DNA from: Macrostomum lignano
Taxonomy: Eukaryota
Length of the DNA stretch: 64,000 nt
Assembly (NCBI GenBank): GCA_002269645.1
Contig: NIVC01002934.1
Span: 62,001-126,000 of the forward strand
Direction: 5' to 3'
Under the pieces are notes generated by a model. That model did no database searches. It saw nothing but the letters and a program-made list of their open reading frames with translations, and had not been told where the DNA came from. The first letter of the stretch is position 1. The number at the start of each line of letters is the position of its first letter. This document shows, piece after piece, positions 43,898 through 55,860 of this stretch. A program made the translations under genes and the position numbers.

Positions 43898-44240
43898 CAC
43901 TTTGCTGACCTTCAGATCTACTTTGCTGACCTTCAGATCTACTTTTCTGACCTTCAGATCTACTTTGCTGACCTTCAGGTCTACTTTGCTGACCTTCAGA
44001 TCTACTTTGCTGACCTTCAGATCTACTTTGCTGACCTTCAGATCTACTTTGCTGACCTTCAGGTCTACTTTGCTGACCTTCAGATCTACTTTGCTGACCT
44101 TCAGATCTACTTTGCTGACCTTCAGGTCTACTTTGCTGACCTTCAGATCTACTTTGCTGACCTTCAGATCTACTTTGCTGACCTTCAGGTCTACTTTGCA
44201 GACCTTCAGGTCCACTTTGCTGACTTTCAGGTCCACTTTG
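43898..44240. repeat. 21-bp minisatellite (TACTTTGCTGACCTTCAGATC)n
   Basis: About 16 units. Confidence 0.97.
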
Positions 44241-44799
44241 ATGCCCTTCAGGCCTACCTCAGGTGAAAATGTAGCCGAACCTTGCAGCCAACACGAACAG
44301 GAGTTAAAATTAGAACGGCACACGCCAGCAACAAAAGAATGCTAAAGCTACACAGGTATGCACGCAAATATACAGCAATAGAAAAAACGGCGGCAAAACA
44401 AAACAAAAGTGTTTAGACGGAGTTAACGGCCGAATAAAGAGTTGATCACGCTGGAGCATGCGAGACACTGCAGTATCAGGTGCATGATAGAAATATATAG
44501 TAAAAAATCCTAACAGTTTTCCTAGCAGTTCATCATTGACTATAGTTTGACCCCGAAAAAATACTTTTTTAGTTGGTTTAAATAAAATTCATGCGAACAC
44601 TTGAGCAACTCGATTTGATCCATCAGAGCATTGCGAGCCACATTTATCGGTGAGAGAGAACTGAACTGACTGGTCGAAGGTAAATTTAAACGAAAAAGGT
44701 AAACGAAAATAATCTATTGATACAGCGGTGCGTTGCTTATGAAACTTTGCCTGATCAGATCAGTCCGTAACGAATATCGTCAGTCAGTCATTCAGAAAA

Positions 44800-44899
44800 T
44801 CACTCAATCAAACAATTAATCAATCAATCAGGTAACCATCATTGAGAGATCAATCCATCAATCAATCAGTCAATCAATCATTCGATCAATCGATCATTT

Positions 44900-44932
<33 letters not shown>

Positions 44933-44971
44933 CTCAACCCAGTCAATCAATCAATCAATCACTCAACCCAG

Positions 44972-45002
<31 letters not shown>

Positions 45003-45070
45003 CTCAACCCAGTCAATCAATCAATCAATCACTCAACCCAGTCAATCAATCAATCAATCACTCAACCCAG

Positions 45071-45105
<35 letters not shown>

Positions 45106-45380
45106 CTCAACCCAGTCAATCAATCAATCAATCAATCAACCAACCAATCAATCAATCAATCAATCACTCAACCCAGTCAATCAATCAATCAATCACTCAA
45201 CCCAGTCAATCAATCAATCAATCAATGAATCAATCAATCACTCAACCCAGTCAATCAATCAATCAATCAATCAACCAACCAATCAATCAATCACTCAACC
45301 CAATCGATCAATCAATCAATCACTCAACCCAGCCTATAAATCAATCAATCAATCAATCACTCAACCCAGCCTATCAACCA
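44800..45380. repeat. (AATC)n microsatellite with periodic ACTCAACCCAGTC interruptions
   Basis: Direct reading; abuts the TRIM stop codon. Confidence 0.96.
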
Positions 45381-45381
45381 G

Positions 45382-48300
45382 TCACACGTATCGAAACTTC
45401 TTCACCGCGTGTCCCTGAGCGTCCACAACAGCCAGCCAGCCCTGGCCAAGGCTGGCCACCCCGCCGGGCCGGCGCAGCTTCTCGGCCTCGTCGGGCACCA
45501 CCCGGCAGAGGAACTCGCCCAGCGGCCGGGAGTGCACCTCGACGTCGCCGGTTGCCCGGCTGGCCAGCAGGCGGCCGTCCGAGTCCAGCGCAAGGCCCGT
45601 CACTGCCGAGCTGCCGCAGGCTGAGCCGGTCTGAGAAGGTGGACGGGAAAGACAGGATAGAGTGGATAGAATCGGTAGACAGGGTAGATAGAGTAGAGGG
45701 TAGACACGGACGGTAGACAAGTTCGCCTGGATAGACAGGGTAGGGGGTAGAGAGAAGAAAATATAGAGTAGAGGGGTAGACAGGGCAGACTGTATAGACT
45801 GGGTGGACAAGGTAGATAGGGTAGACATGGTACAGGGTAGAGGAGAAGGTAGACTAGGTAGTCCAGGCAGAGGGTTGACACTAGAAGTAGAGGCAGAGGT
45901 AGAGAGTAGATAGCTTAGAGAGTAGAGAGGGTAGAGAGCAGATAGGGTAGAGAGTAGATAGGGTAGAGAGTAGATAGGGTAGAGAGTAGATAGGGTAGAG
46001 AGTAGATAGGGTAGAGAGTAGATAAGGTAGAGAGTAGATAAGGTAGAGAGTAGATAGGGTAGAGAGCAGATATGGTAGAGAGTAGATAAGGTAGAGAGTA
46101 GATAGGGTAGAGAGTAGATAGGGTAGAGAGTAGATAAGGTAGAGAGTAGATAAGGTAGAGAGTAGATAGGGTAGAGAGCAGATAGGGTAGAGAGTAGATA
46201 AGGTAGAGAGTAGATAAGGTAGAGAGTAGATAGGGTAGAGAGTAGATAAGGTAGAGAGTAGATAGGGTAGAGAGTAGATAGGATAGACTGGGTAGTCTAG
46301 AAAGAGGGTAGACACGATAGACATGATAATAGACACGGTAGGCAGGGCAGACTGGTTAGTCTAGATAGAAAGTAGACAGCAGAGGAAATTCGGTCGGTTA
46401 CACAGTGAGACAGACGGGAAGCAGAGAAGCCAAGAGCCGGCACCCACCAAGCTGTGCCGAATGCCAATGGCTGACTCGGCCTCGCTACCCTGGCCGGCTC
46501 CAATCTCGTACACCAGCAGTTTGGCGCCAACAGCGCAGCACAGCAGCATCTGCGGCTCCCGCTGTACAGCAGACGCGGCCGAGTCGTGACAGCCAACCGC
46601 CAGAGCCGTCAGCCCCGACAGACCGTCGATTCGCGCAAGCACGGCTCCGTCAGCCTCCGTCAGGGTGGGGTCGCACACGAACACGGCGCCGGCGCCGGCG
46701 TCGCCAACAATCACGTGACCCCTGGGCCCGACCGCCACCAGGCCGGGCTCGCGGAACGCGGCCGACTGCAGGCTGGAGGAGATTCGGTCTTCGACTGGCT
46801 CCACTTCGAAGACGCGTCGCTGGCGCCAGTTGGCCACCCACAGGCGGCCGCCAGCGTCCACGGCCAGGCCGGTGGCCGACTGTCCGGTGCAGGCTGACCG
46901 GCCGAGGTCGCCAAGCCAGCGGAGAGTCGAGTCCAGGACCACTATGCGACTGTTGCCGGTGTCAGAGATGTACACCTGGGATGGGTGAAAAAATTGGGGG
47001 CACTGAAATATCTGTGGGGAGGGCACTGAAGTATCTGGGGGGGCACTGAAGTATCTGGGGGGCACTGAAGTATCTGGGGGGGCACTGAAGTATCTGGGGG
47101 GCACTGAAGTATCTGGGGGGGCACTGAAGTATCTGGGGGGGGCACTGAAGTATCTGGGGGAGGGCACTGAAGTATCTGTGGGGGGCACTGAAGTATCTGG
47201 GGGAGGGCACTGAAGTATCTGTGGGGGGCACTGAAGTATCTGGGGGGGGCACTGAAGTATCTGTGGGGGGCACTGAAGTATCTGTGGGGGCACTGAAGTA
47301 TCTGGAGGGGGGCAGTGAAGTGTCTGGGAGGCACTGAACTATCCGGGGGGAGGACACTGAAGTATCTGAGGGGGGGGGGGCAGCCCCACTCACCTCCCCA
47401 TTGCGGCCCACGGCCACAGCGTAGGGCGCCTGCAGCTGTCCAGGCTGCGATCCCCGGCCAGCGCCGCCGGCCTTGGCAGCCGGGCGCTGCCTGCCGGCCA
47501 CGTCAAGCGCCAGCGGACAATCCCGGACAGGCCGGCCGAACACTCGGACATCCAGCCGGTGGCGGCCGGCGCTCAGCGGCAGGAAGTTTAACTCGTAGCT
47601 GCCGTCGCCCTTGTCAACGACGCCGATCTCCAGTTGCTCGCCGCCAGGCGTCTCCAGCCGGGCGCTGACCGGGTCGTCACCGTCCCGGCGCCGCCTGCCG
47701 TGATAGTCGACGGTGTGCAGCAGGGCGGAGCAGCGCAAGCCGGCCGTGGCGGCGTCAGCTCCGGACAGCAGCTGCACGGAGCACAGGCCGGGGTGGGTGG
47801 TGGACACCCGCACTTTGCCGCAGCGCTGCAGGGCGGCCTCCACCGAGCGAAGGCATTCGTCGTCCACGACGTTGGCATTGGCGACGCCGGAGGCCGAGGA
47901 GTCCCTGCTGAACTCCATGTAGGCGTTTTCGCGCGGCTCGGACAGCCCAGCGAAGGTGTCCAGCTTGGCGTTGAGGTCTGAGATCTTCTTCGTGATGGCC
48001 ATCACGTCCATCTGGTGGCGGGTTGGGGGATACAGAATTAGAAGGGTAATATAGAGGTAGATAGGGAGATGGACAGGTAGATACAGTGAGATAGACAGGA
48101 AGATAGACAGGGAGGTAGACAGGTAGATAGACGGAGATTGACAGGTAGATATAGTGAGATAGACAGGGAGACAGACAGGTAGATAGACAGGGAGACAGAC
48201 AGGTAGATAGACAGGGAGACAGACAGGTAGATAGACAGGTAGATAGACAGGGAGATAAACAGGTAGATATAGTGAGATAGACAGCGAGACAGACAGGTAG

Positions 48301-49047
48301 ATAGACAGGTAGATAGACAGGGAGACAGACGGGTAGATAGACAGGGAGATAGACTGGTAGATATAGTGAGATAGACAAGGGAGACAGACAGGTAGATAGA
48401 CAGGGAGACAGACAGGTAGATAGACAGGGAGATAGACTGGTAGATATAGTGAGATAGACAAGGGAGACAGACAGGTAGATAGACAGGTAGATAGACAGGG
48501 AGATAGACTGGTAGATATAGTGAGATAGACATTGAGCTGAAATCTGGGGAGATTAATAAATATACTCCAATGTATCAAAATATTTTAAAAAATCGCATTA
48601 TTTAAGCTCGACAAGCCCTTCTTACGAGTTATTTTTCTAAGGTCTATCAAAAGAGCAGCATTCACATTGTCACAGCCAGTTTTTAAATAAATGAGAAGAT
48701 GGAAAATATATTTCACCGAGCTACCTGGCAGTGTGACGAGCACAGATGCATAGCAGGTATTTTCTTACACAAAAGCGGCCGGTTAAGAACTCAGCTCAAA
48801 AGCATCTTTTTACTCGGGGCTAACAATTAACGAATGGCCTCGTGTTCCTGTGTGTTGTATATCTGGAGCCCCTCAATACGTATTGTTAATTACCCTTAAA
48901 TTCTGAAAGGATTGTCTGCTCATCTTTCTGTCTCTCAGTCGCACAGAGAGCCAAGCGCATTTTGACTGCCAAAATAAGTTATCTGCCTTAGCCATTTATT
49001 CTGAATGAAGAAAATATGTTGCCAAAATAGAATTAAAAGGCGAGAGA

Positions 49048-49111
<64 letters not shown>

Positions 49112-49204
49112 AAGAGAGAGAGAGAGAGAGAGAGGGGAAAGCGTTCAGTGGCTACGAGTATCTATCTATCTATCTACCTATCTATCTATCTTTCTTTTTA
49201 TCTT

Positions 49205-49238
<34 letters not shown>

Positions 49239-49257
49239 CATCTACCTACCTATCTAC

Positions 49258-49314
<57 letters not shown>

Positions 49315-49333
49315 CATCTACCTACCTATCTAC

Positions 49334-49368
<35 letters not shown>

Positions 49369-49509
49369 CCTATCTATCTATCTATCTATCTACCTATCTA
49401 TCTATCTTTCTTTCTATCTTTCTATCTATCTATCTATCTATCTATCTATCCATCTACCTACCTATCTACCTATCTATCTATCTACCTATCTATCTATCTA
49501 CCTACCTAC

Positions 49510-49552
<43 letters not shown>

Positions 49553-49581
49553 CCTATCTATCCATCTACCTACCTATCTAC

Positions 49582-49612
<31 letters not shown>

Positions 49613-49637
49613 CCTATCTATCTATCTATCTACCTAC

Positions 49638-49668
<31 letters not shown>

Positions 49669-51791
49669 CCTATCCATCTACCGGTATCTATCTATCAATC
49701 TATCTGCTAATATAAGTTTGTCAAAGAAGAAAAGACAGTCAGATGCTAACAAATTGCTGAACACAGCCGAGTGCAGAGTATCTATACCCCCCAAATTACC
49801 CCCCCCCCAGGCGAGTTGATCCAGGCGTGTAATGCGAGATCCGTGACTGACTGACTAATAATTACACACAGTGAATTACTTGTTATACGAAGTATTGAAC
49901 CCTGCTGCAGTATACTGTATCATTACGTAATGCACATAATTGCATAAATTTCCCAGTTGGGATTTTCTTGCTTAACAACACGGTTAGAAAGATTCCTCAG
50001 AAAAATTATTCTGTGGACTAGCGGATTCGTAGACAGGCGGTCATGCTAAGAAAAATTTGCTAGAAAAGTGTAGCAATTATTTGTTTCGGTGGGCCAAACA
50101 GAATTAATCTAATAGGATAATCCAGTAGAGACTACTACAATGGGATAATCCAGTACAGATAACTACAATGGGATAATCCAGTAGAGATTGCTACAATGGG
50201 ATAATCCGGTAGATATTACTACAATAAATGGGATAATCCGGTAGATATTACAACAATAAATGGGATAATCCGGTAGATATTATTATTACAACAATTAATG
50301 GGATAATCCGGTAGATATTACTACAATATATGGGATAATCCGGTAGATATTACTACAATAAGTGGGATTTTTCGGTAGATATTACTACAATAAGTGGGAT
50401 TTTTCGGTAGATATTACTACAATATATGGGATAATCCAGTAGATATTACTACAATAAGTGGGATTATCCGGTAGATATTACTACAATGTATGGGATAATC
50501 CGGTAGAGATTACTACAATGGGATAATCCGGTAGAGATTACTACAATGGGATAATCCGGTAGAGATAACTTCTCCAACAGCCCTGGCACAGTCAATAATC
50601 ACCTGGTACTGCAGTCCCTCGCACTCGGACTCAACTCTGGCCTTCTCCTGCCCGATCAGCTCCAGCTGCTCCTTCAACGCCCGCCGCTTTTCCTCCTTGA
50701 CTCGCTTGACGGTTTCGCGCACCGTTGAATGTCGCCGATCAACCAGATCCCGGAGCTGCTGAAATGCCTGATCAACCGACTGCATGCAGGCCTCAGCGTT
50801 GGCGTCCAGAGTTTCAACTTCTCGACAGACGGCTTCGTAGGCTGAGCCGAGTTGGCTGGCGGCCAGGGTGGCCTTGTACAGCAGGATCTCCGTCATGCGC
50901 TTGACGGCTACACTGAATGACAGCACAGTGTGGTCGGCTTTGGCCTGGTGGCTAAGGCAGGCCGGGCAGAACACGGTGTCGCAGGTCTCGCAGAACAGCA
51001 ATTCTCGGCCAGAATGGATTGAGCATTTCGGCACCAGATCGCGACGCTGCGATGCCATCAGGTCCAGCAGCTGGTTCACCACGAAGGAGGGCGGGAAGGC
51101 CGCGGCGCCACCGCCGTGGGGCACAGCGATGCCCTCGCGACAGATCGGGCAGCGAAATGACTCGGCTTGGCGACCGGGACCCGGGCCCTGCAGAGTGACA
51201 ATTTCAGACACTACAGAGTGACAATATCAGACACTGCAGAGTGACAATATCAGATACTACAGAGTGACAATATCAGACACTGCAGAGTGACAATATCAGA
51301 TACTACAGAGTGACAATATCAGACACTGCAGAGTGACAATATCAGACACTACAGAGTGACAATATCAGACACTACAGAGTGACAATATCAGATACTACAG
51401 AGTGACAATATCAGATACTACAGAGTGACAAGATCAGATACTACAGAGTGACAAGATCAGATGCTACAGAGTGACAATGTCACACACACTACAGAGTGAC
51501 AAGATCAGACACTACAGAGTGACAATGTCAGATACTGCAAAGTGACAAGATCAGACACTACAGAGTGACAATGTCAGATACTGCAGAGTGACAACTTGAA
51601 CAATCGCACCAAGACCTCACCTGCATAATCCTCTGCAGACAGGAGCGGCACAGGGTGTGCGAACACGGCAACAGCTTGGGCTGGTGCTCGCCAGCATCGA
51701 ACAAATTCAAACAGGTGCCGCAGGTAAGAAACGATTCGGAGAAATCTTCAAAATTAATTTGAATTGTCTCCACAAGCCGGCTGCTCGTCAT
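45382..51791 (-). CDS. TRIM-NHL protein (RING, B-box, coiled coil, filamin, NHL repeats), TRIM2/TRIM3-like, ~716 aa. Exons 51791-51621, 51187-50603, 48011-47394, 46975-46448, 45630-45382
   Basis: RING CGTC...[14 protein letters not shown]...CPIC; B-box CSIH...[11 protein letters not shown]; filamin [31 protein letters not shown]; NHL repeats [37 protein letters not shown] and HAVKKFRY. All introns are phase 0. The exon 4/5 boundary is less certain. Confidence 0.9.
45650..46330. repeat. 16-bp minisatellite (GGGTAGAGAGTAGATA)n in TRIM intron 4
   Basis: Pure in 45900-46270, degenerate at the ends. Confidence 0.95.
46995..47375. repeat. ~21-bp minisatellite (GGGCACTGAAGTATCTG plus a G-run)n in TRIM intron 3
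   Basis: About 17 units with variable G tracts. Confidence 0.96.
48050..48530. repeat. 12/24-bp repeat (GTAGATAGACAGGGAGACAGACAG)n in TRIM intron 2
   Basis: Direct reading. Confidence 0.94.
49040..49705. repeat. (GA)n followed by (TATC)n microsatellites in TRIM intron 2
   Basis: (GA)n at 49040-49135; (TATC/TACC)n at 49160-49705. Confidence 0.97.
50110..50560. repeat. 28-34-bp minisatellite (GGGATAATCCGGTAGATATTACTACAAT)n in TRIM intron 2
   Basis: About 14 variant units next to the exon 2 donor. Confidence 0.95.
51188..51592. repeat. 23-bp minisatellite (TACAGAGTGACAATATCAGACAC)n filling TRIM intron 1
   Basis: About 17 units; the terminal unit is the functional acceptor. Confidence 0.96.
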
Positions 51792-52204
51792 CTTTGGGAT
51801 TCAAGTTGACAGTTGCGAGATGAGAAATCAAAAATACTCTAAGATACTTTCAACGGCAAAATGAACGCAAATTAAATGTCGGGTAAAGATTTAAATAGAG
51901 ATTGCACTTCTCAGAGGGGCGCCACCTATGATAAGGCCATACGGTCTCAGCCAATAGAGAATGACTGTACCTAAGAAGACGAGAATGAAAACAGGACTCA
52001 AGTGTTTTTTATAATCTACTCAACCAAAACGCACACAACGCTCCGTCTACTTCTAGTAGTGCAACAATTTTGTAGCTTGAGACTGCTTTTTTCACTTCTT
52101 CTCGATACGAGTCGTACTCTGAATGAAAATTGAATTATAAAAGCATGTTTTTTTCTATGTACAGCTTGTGACCTGTTGTTGAAATCAAAAGTTTTGTTTT
52201 AGGG

Positions 52205-52680
52205 CGCAAAATTTAGCGCCTAAGGCGCCAAAATGAGTGCCTGGTTGTGGCGCCAAAATGTGTGTCCCAAAGGCGCCAAAATGAGTGCCTGGTTGTGGCG
52301 CCAAAATGTGTGTCCCAAAGGCGCCAAAATGAGTGCCTGGCTGTGGCGCCAAAATGAGTGCCTGGCTGAGGCGCCAAAATGAGTGCCTGGCTGTGGCGCC
52401 AAAATGAGTGCCTGGTTGTGGCGCCAAAATGAGTGCCTGGTTGTGGCGCCAAAATGAGTGCCTAATTGTGGCGCCAAAATGAGTGCCTGGTTGTGGCGCC
52501 AAAATGAGTGCCTGGTTGTGGCGCCAAAATGAGTGCCTAAGGCGCCAGAATGAGTGCCTGGTTGTGGCGCCAAACTGAGTGCCAAAATGAGTGTCTGGCT
52601 GTGGCGCCAAAATGAGTGCCTAAGGCGCCAAAATGAGTGCACAAGGCGCCAAAATGAGTGCACAAGGCGCCAAAATGAGT
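52205..52680. repeat. 25-bp minisatellite (GGCGCCAAAATGAGTGCCTGGTTGT)n upstream of the TRIM gene
   Basis: About 19 units. Confidence 0.96.
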
Positions 52681-53214
52681 CCAAACAACACCGAAATTCT
52701 TAAAATAACGTACTGTATATGTAAGAATTTTAGTAGCATTGAATAATGATTTTAAAACGTTGAATAATGAGCGTACAGCATGGGACAATACGCATAAGCC
52801 CAAGTGGGCTGCAAAAAAGCTATACTATCTTTTAACTATACCTAACATAGGTAATTTATTGTTACAAAAAAAACTGAAAACTCCCAATCTTGCCAATGCA
52901 TTTTGTTCAGCAGCGATACCCGGCCCATATGCACTTTAACTCTTCCCCCTTATGGGTGGCTTATAGAAAGAGGAACAAGGCGAACCAAGCATTGAACAAA
53001 AGAGCATCTGGAGTGCGAATTTGGCCCCTTTAATAGATGATTTGGCACAGAAAAGCTAGCACTCCAGATTATGGTTGAAGATCTCCTTGGACAGGGTATG
53101 CATAGAATTCTAGATAACTAACTGGAAGAGAAGGCTCACTTTTTCGTGGGTCGAAAGCGGACACAACCGGGCCGAGTCATTTTAGCTTGTTTAAACGGCC
53201 TGCCTTTCCCTATC

Positions 53215-53261
53215 CAGGGAATACTCTACATAGAGTATGAGAGTATGTAGAGTATTCCCTG
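53215..53261. mobile_element. 47-bp perfect hairpin insertion with a 7-bp flanking duplication (micro-MITE or transposon footprint)
   Basis: CAGGGAATACTCTACATA, an 11-nt loop, then TATGTAGAGTATTCCCTG. CCCTATC is at 53208-53214 and 53262-53268. Confidence 0.7.
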
Positions 53262-53869
53262 CCCTATCTCAGTCCCACTGACTAAGCGGGGTTTGAGGTG
53301 GGCAGGCTCTTCACAAGGCTTGGAAGTTTTTTTGTCCTAGACAGGAGAAAAACCCTTCGGAGGGGAAGGAAGATCCCCGGTAAATCAGTGCTGTTTCTTT
53401 GTCTGTGATGCACACGGGGTAACAGGCCCCCACTTGAAAGCTGAACGCATGCACATTGGGTGTACATTTGCTCGCATGCTTTTGAGGATGCCTTCTCCAC
53501 TTCACCCTAAATGAAAAATATATAAAGATTCGATATGATGCATGCTATATCAGAGACTATAGTCAGAGAGAAAGAATTGTTTATAAATACGCAGCTTACA
53601 ACTACAGGTCTGGATCTGGATATGCAACTACAAATAAAAATCCAGCGGTTCAATCTTCAGGAGCAGAAAGCAGAATATTTTCTCATGTGCTTCCTTTGCA
53701 TGATTTTCAACTATTTGAAGAGTGGTCGCAACGAATTCGAAGGGTAAACTACCAACCCAGGACAGAATCTCAACTGTTGCACTTTATTGCCACCGATTTT
53801 CACACAACGTCACAAGATTCTTAGTGAGCGCAGGAGAAACAGCGACACTCTGAATAAGGAATGATGGTG

Positions 53870-54700
53870 TGCCGGTGTGCCCTCCATACAACAACAAAAT
53901 GCGCTGTCAGCCATTCCAGCGAGTCATGGTCATGAGAGACAAGGACAACGTCACACGTTTCAGGGCCTGGGCGCGAACCGCCGGCCGCACCGCCGGCAGA
54001 GTCCGGGGCGCCGGCATTAGCCGGCAAGAAGTCGACGAAACACAGACTGCGCGCCTGTCCCCGCCGGTAGGTTGCCTGCAGCGACAGCAGCAGCACTTCC
54101 TGCACCGGCTGTGGACTTTAGGACTCGGCTCGGATGATGTGGCCTGCCAGCTGGAGTCGTGGACGGCGCAAAAGTTTGCTGGGAAGGGACAGGCCAGTGC
54201 GGCGATAGAGCCCGCATTGGTGACGTGCTCGCAGCCGATCTTAAAGACAGGCCAGCGTGCGCCGCATTGACCTGCTGTTCGAGCGAATCCGTCAGTGTCC
54301 AGGTCTCGGTGTTGTACAACAGGACGGTCTCGATCACCGCCTTGAACAACGCCGCCCTCTGGCGGTCAGGCAGGGCCTCGGACTGCAGGACCGCCCTCAC
54401 GAAACGGAAGGCAACCCAAGCAAGTCCACGGCGACGTGCTAGGTCCTCTGGAACATCAAGCACCATGGTCTGCAGACCGCCGAGGCAGACGAACTGCTGA
54501 CAGTGCGGAAGCTTCGACACCTGCCTGTCAGCGTCTCGGTGTTCGAAGCACGACGATCTTCTGCGTGTTGACCCCCAGGCCGACGCTCGCAGCAACGCTC
54601 ACAAGCTGGTCCAGCTGGCGCTGGGCGCGTTCGACGGTCGGCAGGAAGAGACTCGACGAAATCGTCGAGTTTGACCGCGATGTATCAGGTGAAATCGATC
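53870..54700 (-). mobile_element. 3' fragment of an RTE-clade-like non-LTR retrotransposon, frameshifted
   Basis: EDLARRRGLAWVAF...LFKAVIETVLLYNTETWTLT and RLQLAGHIIR are typical of the post-RT C-terminus of RTE-type LINEs. Confidence 0.8.
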
Positions 54701-55529
54701 GCCGGAAAGTACCGCGATGCAGTGGCGATGGTACCGCGATGTATCTTCTTCATAGATTAGATTAAGCAGCTAATTTTCTGTTCATACTATGATTTTTACT
54801 GATCCTATGTGTTTACTTTGCGGCTTTGCAAAAATATTAGTTTTGTTAAGATATGTCACAAATACCTTTAGAAACTCTTAATAAGCACTGACTTGTTAAT
54901 TAAAAAAATAAACTTAAAGAATCAAATATTACTCTTAATAGCAGCAGCCAATTATTAGTGAAAACTTTAGTGTTGAATAAGGCAGCCAGAAAACATGCAG
55001 GCTCCCACTCGGCCCGGTTGTGTCCGCCCCCCCCAAAAAAGCCTTCGCTTCCAGTTAGTTATCTAGAATTCTATGGGGTATGGTTGGAATAGAGGGGGCA
55101 GAGAGGGATAGAGGGGAGAGCGCCACCAGGAAAAATCTGCACTTGGGAGCAGAGGGGAGAGAGAACCACTGAGGACTTTGGGAGATCATGCCACCGCTTG
55201 CCTTGAACTCCCCACATGCACAATACACCCACATGAAACCATGGAAACGACCTCTATGAGTCAAAGTACGGCCTTCCAACTGTACAAGTTAAGCAAGTAA
55301 AAAAATTTTCCTATTAATTTTTAATCAACGTGGCTATCTTGCAATAGTCGAAAACGCTCAAAATTATGTCTTCGAAGAGAGGGAGACAGAAAAGGGGGAA
55401 GACAGGAAAGATGAGATAGAAAGGAAGACGGGGGCAGGATGAGATAGACAGAGAAACACTGGGCGGGGGGAGAGAGGGGAGACAGAGAGATAAGAAACGA
55501 GGAGAGGGAGGTAAAGGGAGATGGGAGGG

Positions 55530-55860
55530 AGGTGGAAGATACAGAGGGAGCTACAAAGGGAGGTACAGAGGGAGGTACAGAGGGAGGTACAGAGGGAGCT
55601 ACAGAGGAAGGTACAGAGGGAGGTACAGAGGGAGGTACAGAGGGAGGTACGGAGGGAGGTACAGAGGGAGGTACAGAGGGAGCTACAGAGGGAGCTACAG
55701 AGGGAGGTACAGAGGGAGGTACAGAGGGAGGTACAGAGGGAGCTACAGAGGGAGCTACAGAGGGAGCTACAGAGGGAGCTACAGAGGAAGGTACAGAAGG
55801 AGCTACAGAGGGAGGTACAGAGGGAGGTACAGAGGGAGCTACAGAGGGAGATACAGAGGG
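55530..55860. repeat. 12-bp repeat (GAGGGAGGTACA / GAGGGAGCTACA)n
   Basis: About 27 units. Confidence 0.96.
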
